This document shows positions 35,850 through 47,135 of a stretch of DNA of 64,000 bases, piece after piece. The DNA is from Mobula hypostoma (Eukaryota), in NCBI RefSeq assembly GCF_963921235.1, contig NC_086108.1:14446001-14510000 (forward strand), given 5' to 3'. A program made the translations under genes and the position numbers. Positions within the stretch are counted from its first letter, which is position 1; the number at the start of each line of letters is the position of its first letter. Below the pieces are notes generated by a model. That model was not told where the DNA came from. It searched no databases and worked only from the letters and a program-made list of their open reading frames with translations.

Positions 35850-38800
35850 CTTCATAACTTGGTTGCAGGAGGGGCAGGATTAGCAGCTTAATATTCCAGG
35901 CTTCCGTTGTTTTAGGAGCAAGAAAGTGGGAGGGATTAAAGGAGGAGGAGTGGCCGTACTAGTCAGGGAAAAAGTCACAACAGTGCCCATCAGGACAGAC
36001 TGGAGAACTCGTCCACTGAGACTTCATGGATGGAACTGAGGAATAAGCAAGGTATGACCATGTTAATGGGGTTTTATTACAGACCACCCAACGGCCTGAG
36101 AGATTTAGAGGAACAAATTTGTAGAGAGATCGCAGACTGTTCAAGAAACATAAGGTTGTCATAGTCAGTGATTTTAACTTTCCACAAAACTTTCAGTTTA
36201 AGATGGCACTACTGAATGCTTGTGACAGCTCACTAGCAGTTCAAAAGATGAGAAATTTGACTAAGAACACCTTAAGTTTCACCACGTTAAGTCTTCTTTC
36301 CTTCCTTTCTTTATATCTGCTCAGCTAGGGCAGCAGGGATGCCAGGCAGGTTAGTGGAATGCTCCTCTTGCGCAACATGTGAAGACACGGAGACCGCCAA
36401 TGTCCCTGACAACTACAACTGTGAGAAATGCATCCAGCTGCAGCTTCTAACAATCATTGTTAGGGAATTGGAGCTGGAACTGGATGAAAACCGGATCATT
36501 TAGTCATAGTCACAGTCATAGTCATAATTTATTGATCCCAGGGGAAATTGGTTTTCGTTACAGTTGCACCATAAATAATTAACTAGTAATAAAACCATAA
36601 ATAATTAAAATAGTAATATGTAAATTATGCCAGGAAATAAGTCCAGGACCAGCCTATTGGCTCAGGGTGTCTGACCCGCCAAGGGAGGAGTTGTAAAGTT
36701 TGATGGCCACAGGCAGGAATGACTTCCTATGACGCTCAGTGTTGCATCTCGGTGGAATGAGTCTCTGGCTGAATGTACTCCTGAAGTACATTTAGGAGGC
36801 TGAAGGGATGATAGATAGGACATTTAGAGAGGTAGTTACACCCAAGGTGCAGGACACAGTCAGGAAGTAAAAGGGGTTAAGGAGCTAGTGCAGAGAACCA
36901 CTGTGGCCATCCCTCTTAGCAGCAGGTAAATCACTTTAGATACCGTTGGGGGAGTTGACCTAACAGAGGAAAGTCACAATGGTCAAGATTCATGGATGGT
37001 ATGTTGCCTCCCAGCTGCCATAGCCCGGGATATCTCGGATTGAGTCCTCAGCATTCTTAAGTGGGAGGGTGAAGAGCCAGAGGTCATGGCTATGCAGATA
37101 CCAATGACATGGATGAGTAGAACAAGTGATGGGGTACTGCTTAGAGAGTTCAGGGAATTAGATGCTAAGTTAAAGGACCTCCAGGATTGTGATCTCAGGA
37201 TTGCTACCCATGCCACATGCAAGTGAGGTCAGAACTAGGAAGTTTAACACGTGGCTAAGGAGTTGGTGTAGGAGGAAGGGCATAAGACTTTTGGATCATT
37301 AGGTTCTCTTTCAGGGAAGTTGGGACCTGTACAGAAGGGACAGTTTGCATCTGAAATGGAGGGGGACTAATATCCTAATGAGAAGGTTTGTTAATGCTGC
37401 ACAGTGGGGATTAAACTACAGTTGTAGAGGGATGGGAACCAGAGCACCAGAGCAGTTAGTGTAGGCAGATGGTGGTGAGACCTCAGTCAGTCATGAATCA
37501 GAAGGTTTGGTATGGTGCGACGAGAGTCCTGAGCTGCCTATATTTCAATGCAAGAAATATTGTAGAAAAGGCAGATGAGCTCAGGGGATGGATCAATACC
37601 TGGAATTATGATCTTGTAGCCATTAGTGAGACTTGGTTACAGGAGGGGCAAGACTGGCTGCTCAATATCGATGGGATTCCATTGTTTAGGCACGACAGAG
37701 TGGGAGGCGTAATGTTACTAGTCAGAGAGGATGTTACAGCAATGCTCCATCAGGACAGACTGGAGAACTTGACTAGTGAGGTGTTATGGGTGGAACTGAG
37801 AAATAAGAAAGGTATGACCATGTTAATGGGGCTATATTACAGACCACCCAACAGTCCTGCAGATTTAAAGGAAGAGATTTGTGAAGAGATCGCAGATTGT
37901 TACAAGAAACGTGAGATTGTTGTATCAGGTGATTTTAATTTCCACATATTGATTGGGTCTCCCAAACTGTAGAAGGAATAGATGGGATAGTTTGTCAAAT
38001 GTGTTGAGGAAAGATTCCTTCATTAGTACGTAGAAGTCCCAACGAGAGAAGGTATGATACTGCATCTGCTATTATAAATGAAACAGTGCAAGTAACAAAG
38101 ATTTGTCTGTGGGACCACATTGCATCTGGTGATCACAGTGCCATTAGTTTCAAAATATGCAAAAAGATAGATCTGGTCCATGAGTTGAGATTCTAAGTTG
38201 GAGAAAGGCCAATTTTGATGGTATCAGAAATGACCTGGCAAGTGTGGACTGAGACAGGCTGTTTTCTGGCAGAAGTGTACTTGGTAAGTTGGAGGCATTC
38301 AAAAGTGAGAGTACAAAGCTTGTATGTGCCTGCCAGAATAAAAGGTAAAGATAACAATTGTAGAAACCTTGGTTTTCAAGAGATATTAAGGTCCTGGTTA
38401 AAGAAAAGGAGGTGCACAGAAGGTATAGACATGAAGGAACAAATAAGGTGCTTATGGAGTATAAACCAGGCAAGAGAACACTTAAGAAAGGAATCAGGAT
38501 TGCTAAAAGAAGGCATGTAATTGCTCTAGCAGACAAGGTGAAGGAGAATCCTAAAGGTTTCTACAGATGTGTTAAAGGCAAAAGGATTGCAAGGGACAAA
38601 ATTGGTCCTCTGTAAGGTCAGGATGGTGATCCATGTATGGAGCCAATACAGATTGGGGAGATCTTAAATGCATATTTTGCAACTGTATATTTTACCCAGG
38701 AGACAGAGACAGAGTCTATTGAAGTGAGGACACTATGCAGATTACAGAGGAGGAAGTGTTTGCTACCCTGAGGCAAATTGGGGTGGATAAATCCCCAGGG

Positions 38801-40050
38801 CCTAACAAGGTGTTCCCTCGAATATTACGGGAGACAAGTGAAGAAATTGCAGGTGCCCTAGCAGAGATATTTAATAGATCCTCTGCTATAGGAGAGGTAC
38901 CAGAGGTCTGGAGGTTAGCCAGTGTGGTTTTCTGCTGTTTCAGAAAGGTTCTAAAAATATACCAAGAAATTATAGGCCGGTGAGTCTGACATCAGTTATG
39001 GGACATTTATTGGACAATATTCTAAGGGACCGGATATATAAGTTATGGATTGCTATGGATTGATTAAGGATAGTCAGCATGGCTTTGTGCATGGTGGGTT
39101 ATGTCTAACTAATCTTACAGAGTTTTTCAAGGAAGTTACCAGGAAAGTTACAGAAGGCAAGGCAGCAGATGTGGTCTACATGGACTTTAGCAAGGCATTT
39201 GACAAGGATCCACATGGGAGGCTGGATCTGGACCAGCTGAAAAATGGAAGATGGAATTTAATGTGGACGAGTGTGAGGTGATGCTCTTTGGTAGGATCAA
39301 CCAGGGTAGGTCTTACACAGTGCATGGTAAGGCACTGGGGAGTGCAGTAGAACAAAGGGATCTGGGAATACAGGTACATAATTTATTGAAAGTGGTGTCA
39401 CAGGTCGGGTTTTAAAGAAAGCTTTTGGCTCATTGGTCTTCATTAATCAAAGTACTGAGTACCGGAGATAGGATGTTATGTTGAAGTTGGTGAGGACTAA
39501 TCTGGAGTACTGTGTGCATTTTTGGTCATCTACATACAGGAACGATGTAAGTAAGATTAAAGGAGTACAGAGAAAATTTATAAAGAGATGCCAGATCTTG
39601 AGGACCTGAAATATGAGGAAAGAGTGAATAGGTTAGGACTTTGTTCCTTGGAACATAGAAGATGGAGAGGAGATTTGATGGAGATATCCAAAATTATGAG
39701 GGATATATATATGTATATATAGGGTAAATGCAAGCAGGTTTTTCCACTGAGGTTGGATGGCACTACAACTAGAGGTCATGTGTTAAGGGTGAAATGTGAA
39801 AAGTTTAAGGGAACATGAGGGGAAACTTCTTTACTCAGAGTCGTGAGAGTGTGGAACATGCTGCCAACCCAAGCGGTGGATATGCGTTCAATTTCAAAAT
39901 TTAGAATGAGTTTGGATAGATACGTGGATGATAGGGGTATGGAGGGCTAAGGTTCTGGTACAGGTTGATGGGAATAGGCTGTTTAAATGGTTAATCATGT
40001 ACTAGATGGGTCAAAGGGCCGGTTTATATGCTGTACATTTCTATGACCCT
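35850..40050 (+). mobile_element. Degenerate near-full-length CR1 (ORF1 Zn-finger/esterase, EN, RT with internal deletion), preceded by a separate EN fragment (35850-36185)
   Basis: MPGRLVECSSC...NCEKCIQLQLL at about 36340; EN ORF 37469-37972; KSPGP; QHGF; DFSKAFD. RT core lost at about 39220 relative to the 4530-7750 copy. Confidence 0.88.
36502..36783 (-). mobile_element. Rex1/Babar LINE 3' end inserted in CR1 ORF1
   Basis: (agtcat)n tail and sequence matching 47136-47417. Confidence 0.85.
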
Positions 40051-41263
40051 ATTACAGTGTCTCGTGTTTTCCCCCTTCCTGTTGCTACATTATCTGGTCT
40101 GTAGTTTTCTGTTTTCCCTCCCCCCCTCCTTTTTTAAAAATATTTGCCTCCTTCCAATCTGTGAGGATTGTTCTATGGTTAATAGAATTATGGAAAGCAA
40201 TCAGTGCATCCACCCTAGTAATTTCTAATGTAAATTATTAAGCCTTGGGGATTTATTAGCTTTCAGTCCCATTATTTCTCTAGTTTTATTTTCTTACTAA
40301 TACTAATTTCCTTTAGTTCCTTACCATCATTAGATTCCAGGTTCATAACTTTTCTTGTAGGTTGAAACAGCATTGATGACTTTCATTCTCCCATTTACAC
40401 AAAACCCACATTGATACTGTTTTCTGTTTTCCATGTTCCCATCACGAACACACTAGGGACATTTTGTACAGTACAGCACAGGAACAGGTCTTCCAGACAA
40501 GATGTTGTGCCAAATTAATTAAGCTAATGGTAGCTTCTTCTTGCAGATGATCCGTATCCCTCCACTCTTTCCCTATCTTCAGGTGCCCTCTAAAAATATC
40601 ATAAACACCACAGTTGTATCTATTTCCACTGTCACCCCAGACATTCACCACTCTGTGTAAAAATAAAATGCCCCACACATCTCCTTTGAACTTTTCCTCT
40701 CTCACCCTAAATACATGCCCCCTGCTAATAGATATTTCAACTCTTGGACAAAGATACCAGCTGTGTACTCTCATAATTTTATGGTCTTTTAAAAGGCTCA
40801 ATCTTTGCTGCTCCGGGTGAAACAACCCTAGCTTGTTCAGATACTCCTTTAAGCACATGTCCTCTGGTCCAGGCAGCATCTTGACTAACTTCATCTGAAC
40901 CCTCCACATCGTTCCTCTAAATGGTTGAGCAGAACTGAATGCAATACTTCAGGTACGGAGTTTGATGAAAGCTGCGAAATACCTTACTCTGCACAGCTTA
41001 CAGTCATCAATTCACCTACAACCCATGCATCTTTAGGATGTTGGAGGAAACTGGAGCACCCTGAACCGCATGTTGTCACTAGGAGAACATGCAAGCTCTG
41101 CAGACACAGCCCGAGAGGCCAGGATTAAACCTAATTAAAATCAGTAGCTATACTAACTGTGAAATTTTGTCACTTAAAACCTACCTTTATCCTTTCCTGT
41201 AATAACTCCACCAACTCACAAAGCCAAAGGTCCTCACCCAAGATCAGAATCAGAATCACGTTT

Positions 41264-41528
41264 GTGTAGTGGTTAGCATGATACTATTATAGCTCAGGGC
41301 ATCAGAGTTCGGTTCTGTCATCCTCTGTTAGGAGTTTGTAAGTCCTCCCCATGAACCTGTGGGTTTCCTCCCACAGTCCAAAGACGTATTGGTTAGTAAA
41401 GTAGGTCAATTGGTCATTTTAAATAGCTCTGTGATTAGGCTGGGGTTAAATAGGTGGGTTGCTAGGCAGTGGAACTCAGTGGGCTGGAGGGGCCTGATCT
41501 GCACTGTATCTCTAAAAAATATATAAGT
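41264..41528 (+). mobile_element. V-type tRNA-derived SINE
   Basis: gtgtagtggttagc...gtttcctcccacagtccaaagacgta core; flanked by aatcacgttt / aatcaggttt. Confidence 0.7.
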
Positions 41529-41679
41529 AATCAGGTTTAATATCACAGTTGTGAAATGTGTTGTTTTGCAGCAGCAGTACATTGCAAAACATAATAATAA
41601 ACTATAATTTACAATATGAAACATATGTTTAAAATTTAAATTGATCATGCAGTGCAATTCTGAACCAAACTTGAATTAA

Positions 41680-43513
41680 CAAAGGATGCTTGGCAGTTGT
41701 GGCGGGTCTTGAATACTATCACCTCTTATAAAGTTAAATCAAGCGACATAGGAGACAACAGGGCTTTGCTTCCAGATGCCTTCTATGCTTGCTTTGACCA
41801 TCAAAACATGGAGGAACCATCATGATCTCCCACATCCCCTGATGATCCTATAATTTCAGTCCCTGAATCTAATGTGTGAGCAGCCTTGAGAAGGGTGAAC
41901 CCATGCAAAGCATCCAGCCCAGATGGGATAACTATCCAAGTACCACTGCTGGTCATCTGGCTAGTATGTTCACTGAGATCTTTAACCTTTCACTTTGGTG
42001 GTGTGTGGGACCCACCTCCCTCAAGCAAGCTTCAATTATACCAGGGCCTAAGAAGAGCATGGTGACCTGCCTCACTGACCATCACCCAGTAGCACTTACA
42101 TCCACAGTGATGAAGTGTTCTAAGGGGTCCTGCCTAAGAAGCAACTTGAATCTGCCCTAATTTGCCTACTGGAGCAAAAAGTCCACAGCAGATGCCATCT
42201 CACTGGCTCTTCACTCAACCCTAGAACATCTGGATGACAAAGGTGCATACATCAGGATACTCTTTATTGACAACAGCTCAGAATTCAATACCGTTGTCCT
42301 CTCAAACTAATCAATAAGCTCCAAGATCTTGGCCTTAATACCTCCTTGTGCAATTGAATCCTGGATTTCCTCACTTGCAGACCCCAGTCATTTTGGATTG
42401 GCAACAATATCTCCCTCATGATCTTCATCAGTACAGGAAAACCACAAGGATGTGTGCTTAGTCCCCTGCTCTACTCACTGAACACTTACACTGTATGGCT
42501 AAGCACAGCTCCAATGCCGTATTCAAGTTTTCTGACGACACCTCTGTCATAGGTCAAATCAGTGGTGGTGATAAATTAGCATAAAGGAGAGAAATTGAAA
42601 ATCTGGCTGAGTGGTGTCAAAAGAACAACCACTTACTCAATGTCAGAAAGATCAAGGACCTGATTTTAGACCACAGGAGAAGGAAACCGGAGGTTCCATG
42701 AGCCAGTCCAAGTTGGAGGATCAGAGGCAGAGAGGATTAGCAACTTTAAATTCCTAGGTGATATTATTTCGGAAGACCTGTCTTGGGCCCAACATGCAAG
42801 TGCAATTATGAAGAAGGCACAACAGCATCTCTACTTCCGTAGGAGTTTTGGAAATTCAGCAAGACATCTAAAACTTTGACAAACTTCTGCAGATGTGTAG
42901 TGGAGAGTATATAGACTGGCTGCATCACAACCTGGTATAGAAACACCAATGCCCTTAAACAGAAAATCCTACAAAAAGTACATCATGGGTAAATCCTTCC
43001 CAACTATTGAGCACATCTACATGAAACACTGTTGCAGGAAAGCAGCATCCATCATCAGGGACCCCTCCCCCCCCCCCCACCCAGGTCATGCTCTCTTCTC
43101 GCTGCTCCCATCAGGAAGAAGGTACAAGAGCCTCAGGACTCTCACCACCAGGTTCAGGAACAGATACTACCCCTCAATCTTCGGCTCTTGAACGAAACTT
43201 CACTCAGCTTCACTTTCCTGATCATTGAAATGCTACCACAACCAATGGACTCACTTTCAAGGACTCTTTATCTCATGTTCTCAATATTTGTTGCTTATTT
43301 GTTTATTATTATTATTATTTCTTCTTTTTGCATTTGCACTGGTTGTTGCCTTCTGCACTCTGGTTGAACACCCTAGTTGGGTGGTCTTTCATTGATTCTG
43401 TTTTCGTTATTATTCGATAAATTTATTCAGTATGCCCACAAGAAAAAGAAAGTCAGGGCTGTATATGATGACATGTATGTACTTTGATAATAAACTTTAC
43501 TTTGAACTTTGAA
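41680..43513 (+). mobile_element. Degenerate Rex1/Babar-type LINE
   Basis: [45 protein letters not shown] motifs; tail tactttgaactttgaa. Confidence 0.8.
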
Positions 43514-43565
43514 ATTTGCTTTAAAAAGAGAGGGGAAAAAAAGAAAAAAATATAGTGAGTTAGTG

Positions 43566-45478
43566 CAGCGGTCCCCAACCACCATGTACTACCGGGCCGC
43601 GAGAAAACGATGAGTCAGCTGCACCTTTCCTCATTCCCTGTCATGCAATGTTCAACTTGAACACAGGGTTGTCAACTGTCCTGTATTTACCAGGACATCC
43701 CATATATTGGGCAAAACCGGTTTGTCCCATACGGGACCGCCATTGTCCCGTATTTCCCCCGCTAAGGTAGAGCGTTTCTATGAAACATTTCGTGCCGAAA
43801 TGGCATTAAGCGAAGAAGCAATTGCCATTAATTTATATGGGAAAAATTTTTGACCGTTTCCAGACCCAAAAAATAACCTACCAAATCATACCAAATAACA
43901 CATGGAACCTAAAATAACACTAACATATAGTAAAAGCAGGAATGATATGATATAATAACTCACAGCGACAACTCGCGGATACCTCCTCTTATTTACCCCT
44001 CGATCGTGACCCCACTAAGGAGCACCAGGCCATTGTCTCCCACACCATCACCGACTTTATCCGCTCAGAGGATCTCCCATCCACTGCTACCAACCTTACA
44101 GTTCCCACACCTCGCACTTCCCGTTTCTACCTCCTACCCAAGATCCACAAACCTGCCTGTCCTGGCCGACCTATTGTCTCAGCTTGCTCCTGCCCCACCG
44201 AACTGGTTTCTGCATACCTCGACACGGTTTTATCCCCCCTTGTTCAATCCCTTCCGACCTATGTTCGTGACACTTCTCACGCTCTTAAACTTTTCGATGA
44301 TTTTAAGTTCCCTGGCCCCCACCGCTTTATTTTCACCGTGGATGTCCAGTCCCTATATACTTCCATCCCCCATCAGGAAGGTCTCAAAGCTCTACGCTTC
44401 TTTTTGGATTCCACACCTAATCAGTTCCCCTCCACCACCACTCTGCTCCGTCTAGCGGAATTAGTCCTTACTCTAAATAATTTCTCCTTTGGCTCCTCCC
44501 ACTTCCTCCAAACTAAAGGTGTAGCTATGGGCACCCGTATGGGTCCTAGCTATGCCTGCCTTTTTGTTGGGTTTGTGGAACAATCTATGTTCTGTGCCTA
44601 TTCTGGTATCTGTCCCCCACTTTTCCTTCGCTGCATCGACGACTGCATTGGCGCTGCTTCCTGCACGCATGCAGAACTCGTTGACTTTATTAACTTTGCC
44701 TCCAACTTTCACCCTGCTCTCAAGTTTACCTGGTCCATTTCCGACACCTCCCTCCCCTTTCTAGATCTTTCTGTCTCTGTCTCTGGAGACAGCTTATCCA
44801 CTGATGTCTACTATAAGCCTACTGACTCTCACAGCTATCTGGACTATTCCTTTTCTCACCCTGTCTCTTGCAAAAACGCCATCCCCTTCTCGCAATTCCT
44901 CCGTCTCCGCCGCATCTGCTCTCAGGATGAGGCTTTTCATTCTAGGACGAGGGAGATGTCTTCCTTTTTTAAAGAAAGGGGCTTCCCTTCCTCCACTATC
45001 AACTCTGCTCTTAAACGCATCTCCCCCATTTCACGTACATCTGCTCTCACTCCATCCTCCCGCCACCCCACTAGGAATAGGGTTCCCCTGGTCCTCACCT
45101 ACCACCCCACCAGCCTCCGGGTCCAACATATTATTCTCCGTAACTTCCGCCACCTCCAACGGGATCCCACCACTAAGCACATCTTTCCCTCCCCCCCCCC
45201 TCTGCATTCCACAGGGATCGCTCCCTACGCAACTCCCTTGTCCATTCGCGCAAGGCTTCATGGTCATTGTAGTCTTTCTTGGGGTAAATACAAGTGTCCC
45301 GGGATTTGACTGCTGCTTTTGTCCCTTATTTGGGAGTGAGAAAGTTGGCAATCCTAACTGTAAAAGACATGTTGAGGTGAATTTAACCCCACTTGAACAC
45401 CCTCCCCGGTCGGCCGGTCCGCAAAAATATTGTCAATATTAAACCAGTCCGCGGTGCAAAAAAGGTTGGGCACCCCTG
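43566..45478. mobile_element. Composite non-autonomous hAT (Charlie-like) element
   Basis: TIRs cagcggtccccaacc / ggttgggcacccctg; 8-bp TSD agttagtg (43558-43565) / agtcagtg (45479-45486); holds an inner hAT-like pair, a Tigger fragment and a PLE. Confidence 0.8.
43958..45248 (+). mobile_element. Penelope-like element RT fragment, truncated at both ends
   Basis: FYLLPKIHK...GRPIVS, DVQSLYTSIP, QTKGVAMG, LRCIDD (catalytic YxDD reads CIDD); overlaps the 34400 copy with very high similarity. Confidence 0.92.
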
Positions 45479-45486
45479 AGTCAGTG

Positions 45487-46165
45487 TACATGGGTTTATT
45501 GTCCATTCATAAATCTGATGGCAGAAGAGAAGAAGCTGTTCTTGAAACATTGAATGTGGATCTTCAGACTCCTGTACCATCTCCTTAATGGTAGCAAAGA
45601 GAAGAGGGCATGTCCTAGGTTATAGGGGTCCTTAATGTTAGGTGCTACCTTTATGAGGCAGCACCTTTTGAAGATGACCTCAGTGCTGGGGAGCTGGCTG
45701 AGTTTACATTTTCTGCAGCTTTTTCCAATCCTGTGCAGTAGCTCCTTCATATAAGATGGTGATGCAACCAGTTAGAACGATCTCTACCATACATCTGTAA
45801 AAATTTGCGAGAGTCTTTGGTGATGAAATGCAGCCACCGTCATGCCTTCTTTGTTATTGCATCAATATGTTGGGCCCAAGATCTTCAGGGAAGTTGATAC
45901 CCAGGAACTTGAAATTGTTCACCATTTCCATCGCTAATCCCTCAATGAGGATTGGTGTGTGTTCCCTCAATTTCCTCTTCCTGAAGTCCACGATGAGTTC
46001 CTTGCTCTTACTGATGTTGAGTGCAAGGTTGTTGGTGCAACACCACTTAACCAGCTGATCTATCTCACTCCTGTACGCCTTGTCACCATCTGAAATTCTG
46101 CCAACATCATTGTGGCATTGGCAAATTTACAGATAGCGCTTGAGCTCTGCCTAGCCATACAGTCA
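45487..46165 (-). mobile_element. Old Rex1/Babar-type LINE 3' region
   Basis: - strand HALFSLLP.RRWYRSL..FKNSFF.SAIR (ORF 45496-45750); continues on the left of the hAT insertion. Confidence 0.65.
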
Positions 46166-46677
46166 TATCCCATCTCCAATATGGTGTCATCTATCCAAAC
46201 CTACATCAGGACCTTTTTCACTTCCAGCACACATCAGGACTATCTCTAGAGGCTTACTGATATCCCCATTACCCTGCCAGATCCTCACTTCAGGGAGACC
46301 AGGGAAAGGAGGAAAATAGAGTTATTGGGCAGGAAACAAACCAGATGAGAAAAGGAGTAGCACTTAACATGCTGCTGAGTTCAGTGGGTCAGGCAGGATC
46401 TATGGAGGGAAATGGACAGTCGGCATTTTGGGTCGAGACCTTTCATCTGGATTGGAAAGGCAGTATTGAGCAGGTACGTAGTTACCTCTTTACACCTCAT
46501 CCTGTGCTTTCATGAGACCACAGAGTGAGTGAACCTTCATTCATTTAAGTTTGGATGTTGCCTCTCCTCTCACACTGTTCTCTTGAACACTTTGCATTTT
46601 CATCATTGACAATTAATAGATTTCTGTATTTGGGAGGTACAGACTTTGTCTGAGATCAATAAATTCTTTGTTTTCAG

Positions 46678-46767
46678 TCCTTAGAAGAGCAACAATCAAA
46701 AAAGGCCGAATGGATATGATCCACACAGAGTCAAGTGATGATCACTACACTGAAATATCTTCTGTGG
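46678..46767 (+). CDS. CACNA1E: Cav2.3 coding exon, I-II linker
   Basis: ctttgttttcag|TC CTT AGA...TCT GTG G|gtgagt; 90 bp, phase 1-1; (V)[29 protein letters not shown](G), similar to Cav2.3 VLRRATIK...SSD...ISSVG. Confidence 0.92.
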
Positions 46768-46809
46768 GTGAGTCTCACTCTTCCTTAAATGAGATTGATG
46801 GAAACAGAA

Positions 46810-46974
46810 ACAACAGGAATTCTGCAAATGCTGGAAATTCAAGCAACATACATCAAAGTTGCTGGTGAACGCAGCAGGCCAAGCAGCATCTATAGGAAAC
46901 GTCGACTGCGCCTCTTCCTATAGATGCTGCTTGGCCTGCTGCGTTCACCAGCAACTTTGATGTATGTTGCTTGA
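46810..46974. repeat. Penelope-derived perfect 60-bp inverted repeat insertion with 15-bp TSD
   Basis: Arms 46839-46898 and 46915-46974 are exact reverse complements with a 16-nt loop; direct repeat ttgatggaaacagaa at 46795-46809 and 46971-46985. Confidence 0.95.
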
Positions 46975-47135
46975 TGGAAACAGAATTGTACTGTAAGGAA
47001 CAACAGCCCTTAAGCCTAATTAAACACACCAGGACCCCAGTTACCTCACAGAGCATCACAGTAGTGCAGCGGTTAGCACAAAGCTATTCAGTGCCGGTGA
47101 CCCAGGTTCAGTTCCTGCCACTGCCTGTAAGGAGT

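Noticed and set aside
46400..46455. - strand hammerhead in an old PLE tail
   Set aside because: Core is mutated (cagatga, caaaa); a remnant only.
46660..46680. Tandem alternative acceptor like those adding residues to Cav2.1/Cav2.2 I-II linkers
   Set aside because: Only one AG is present at this acceptor; no NAGNAG.
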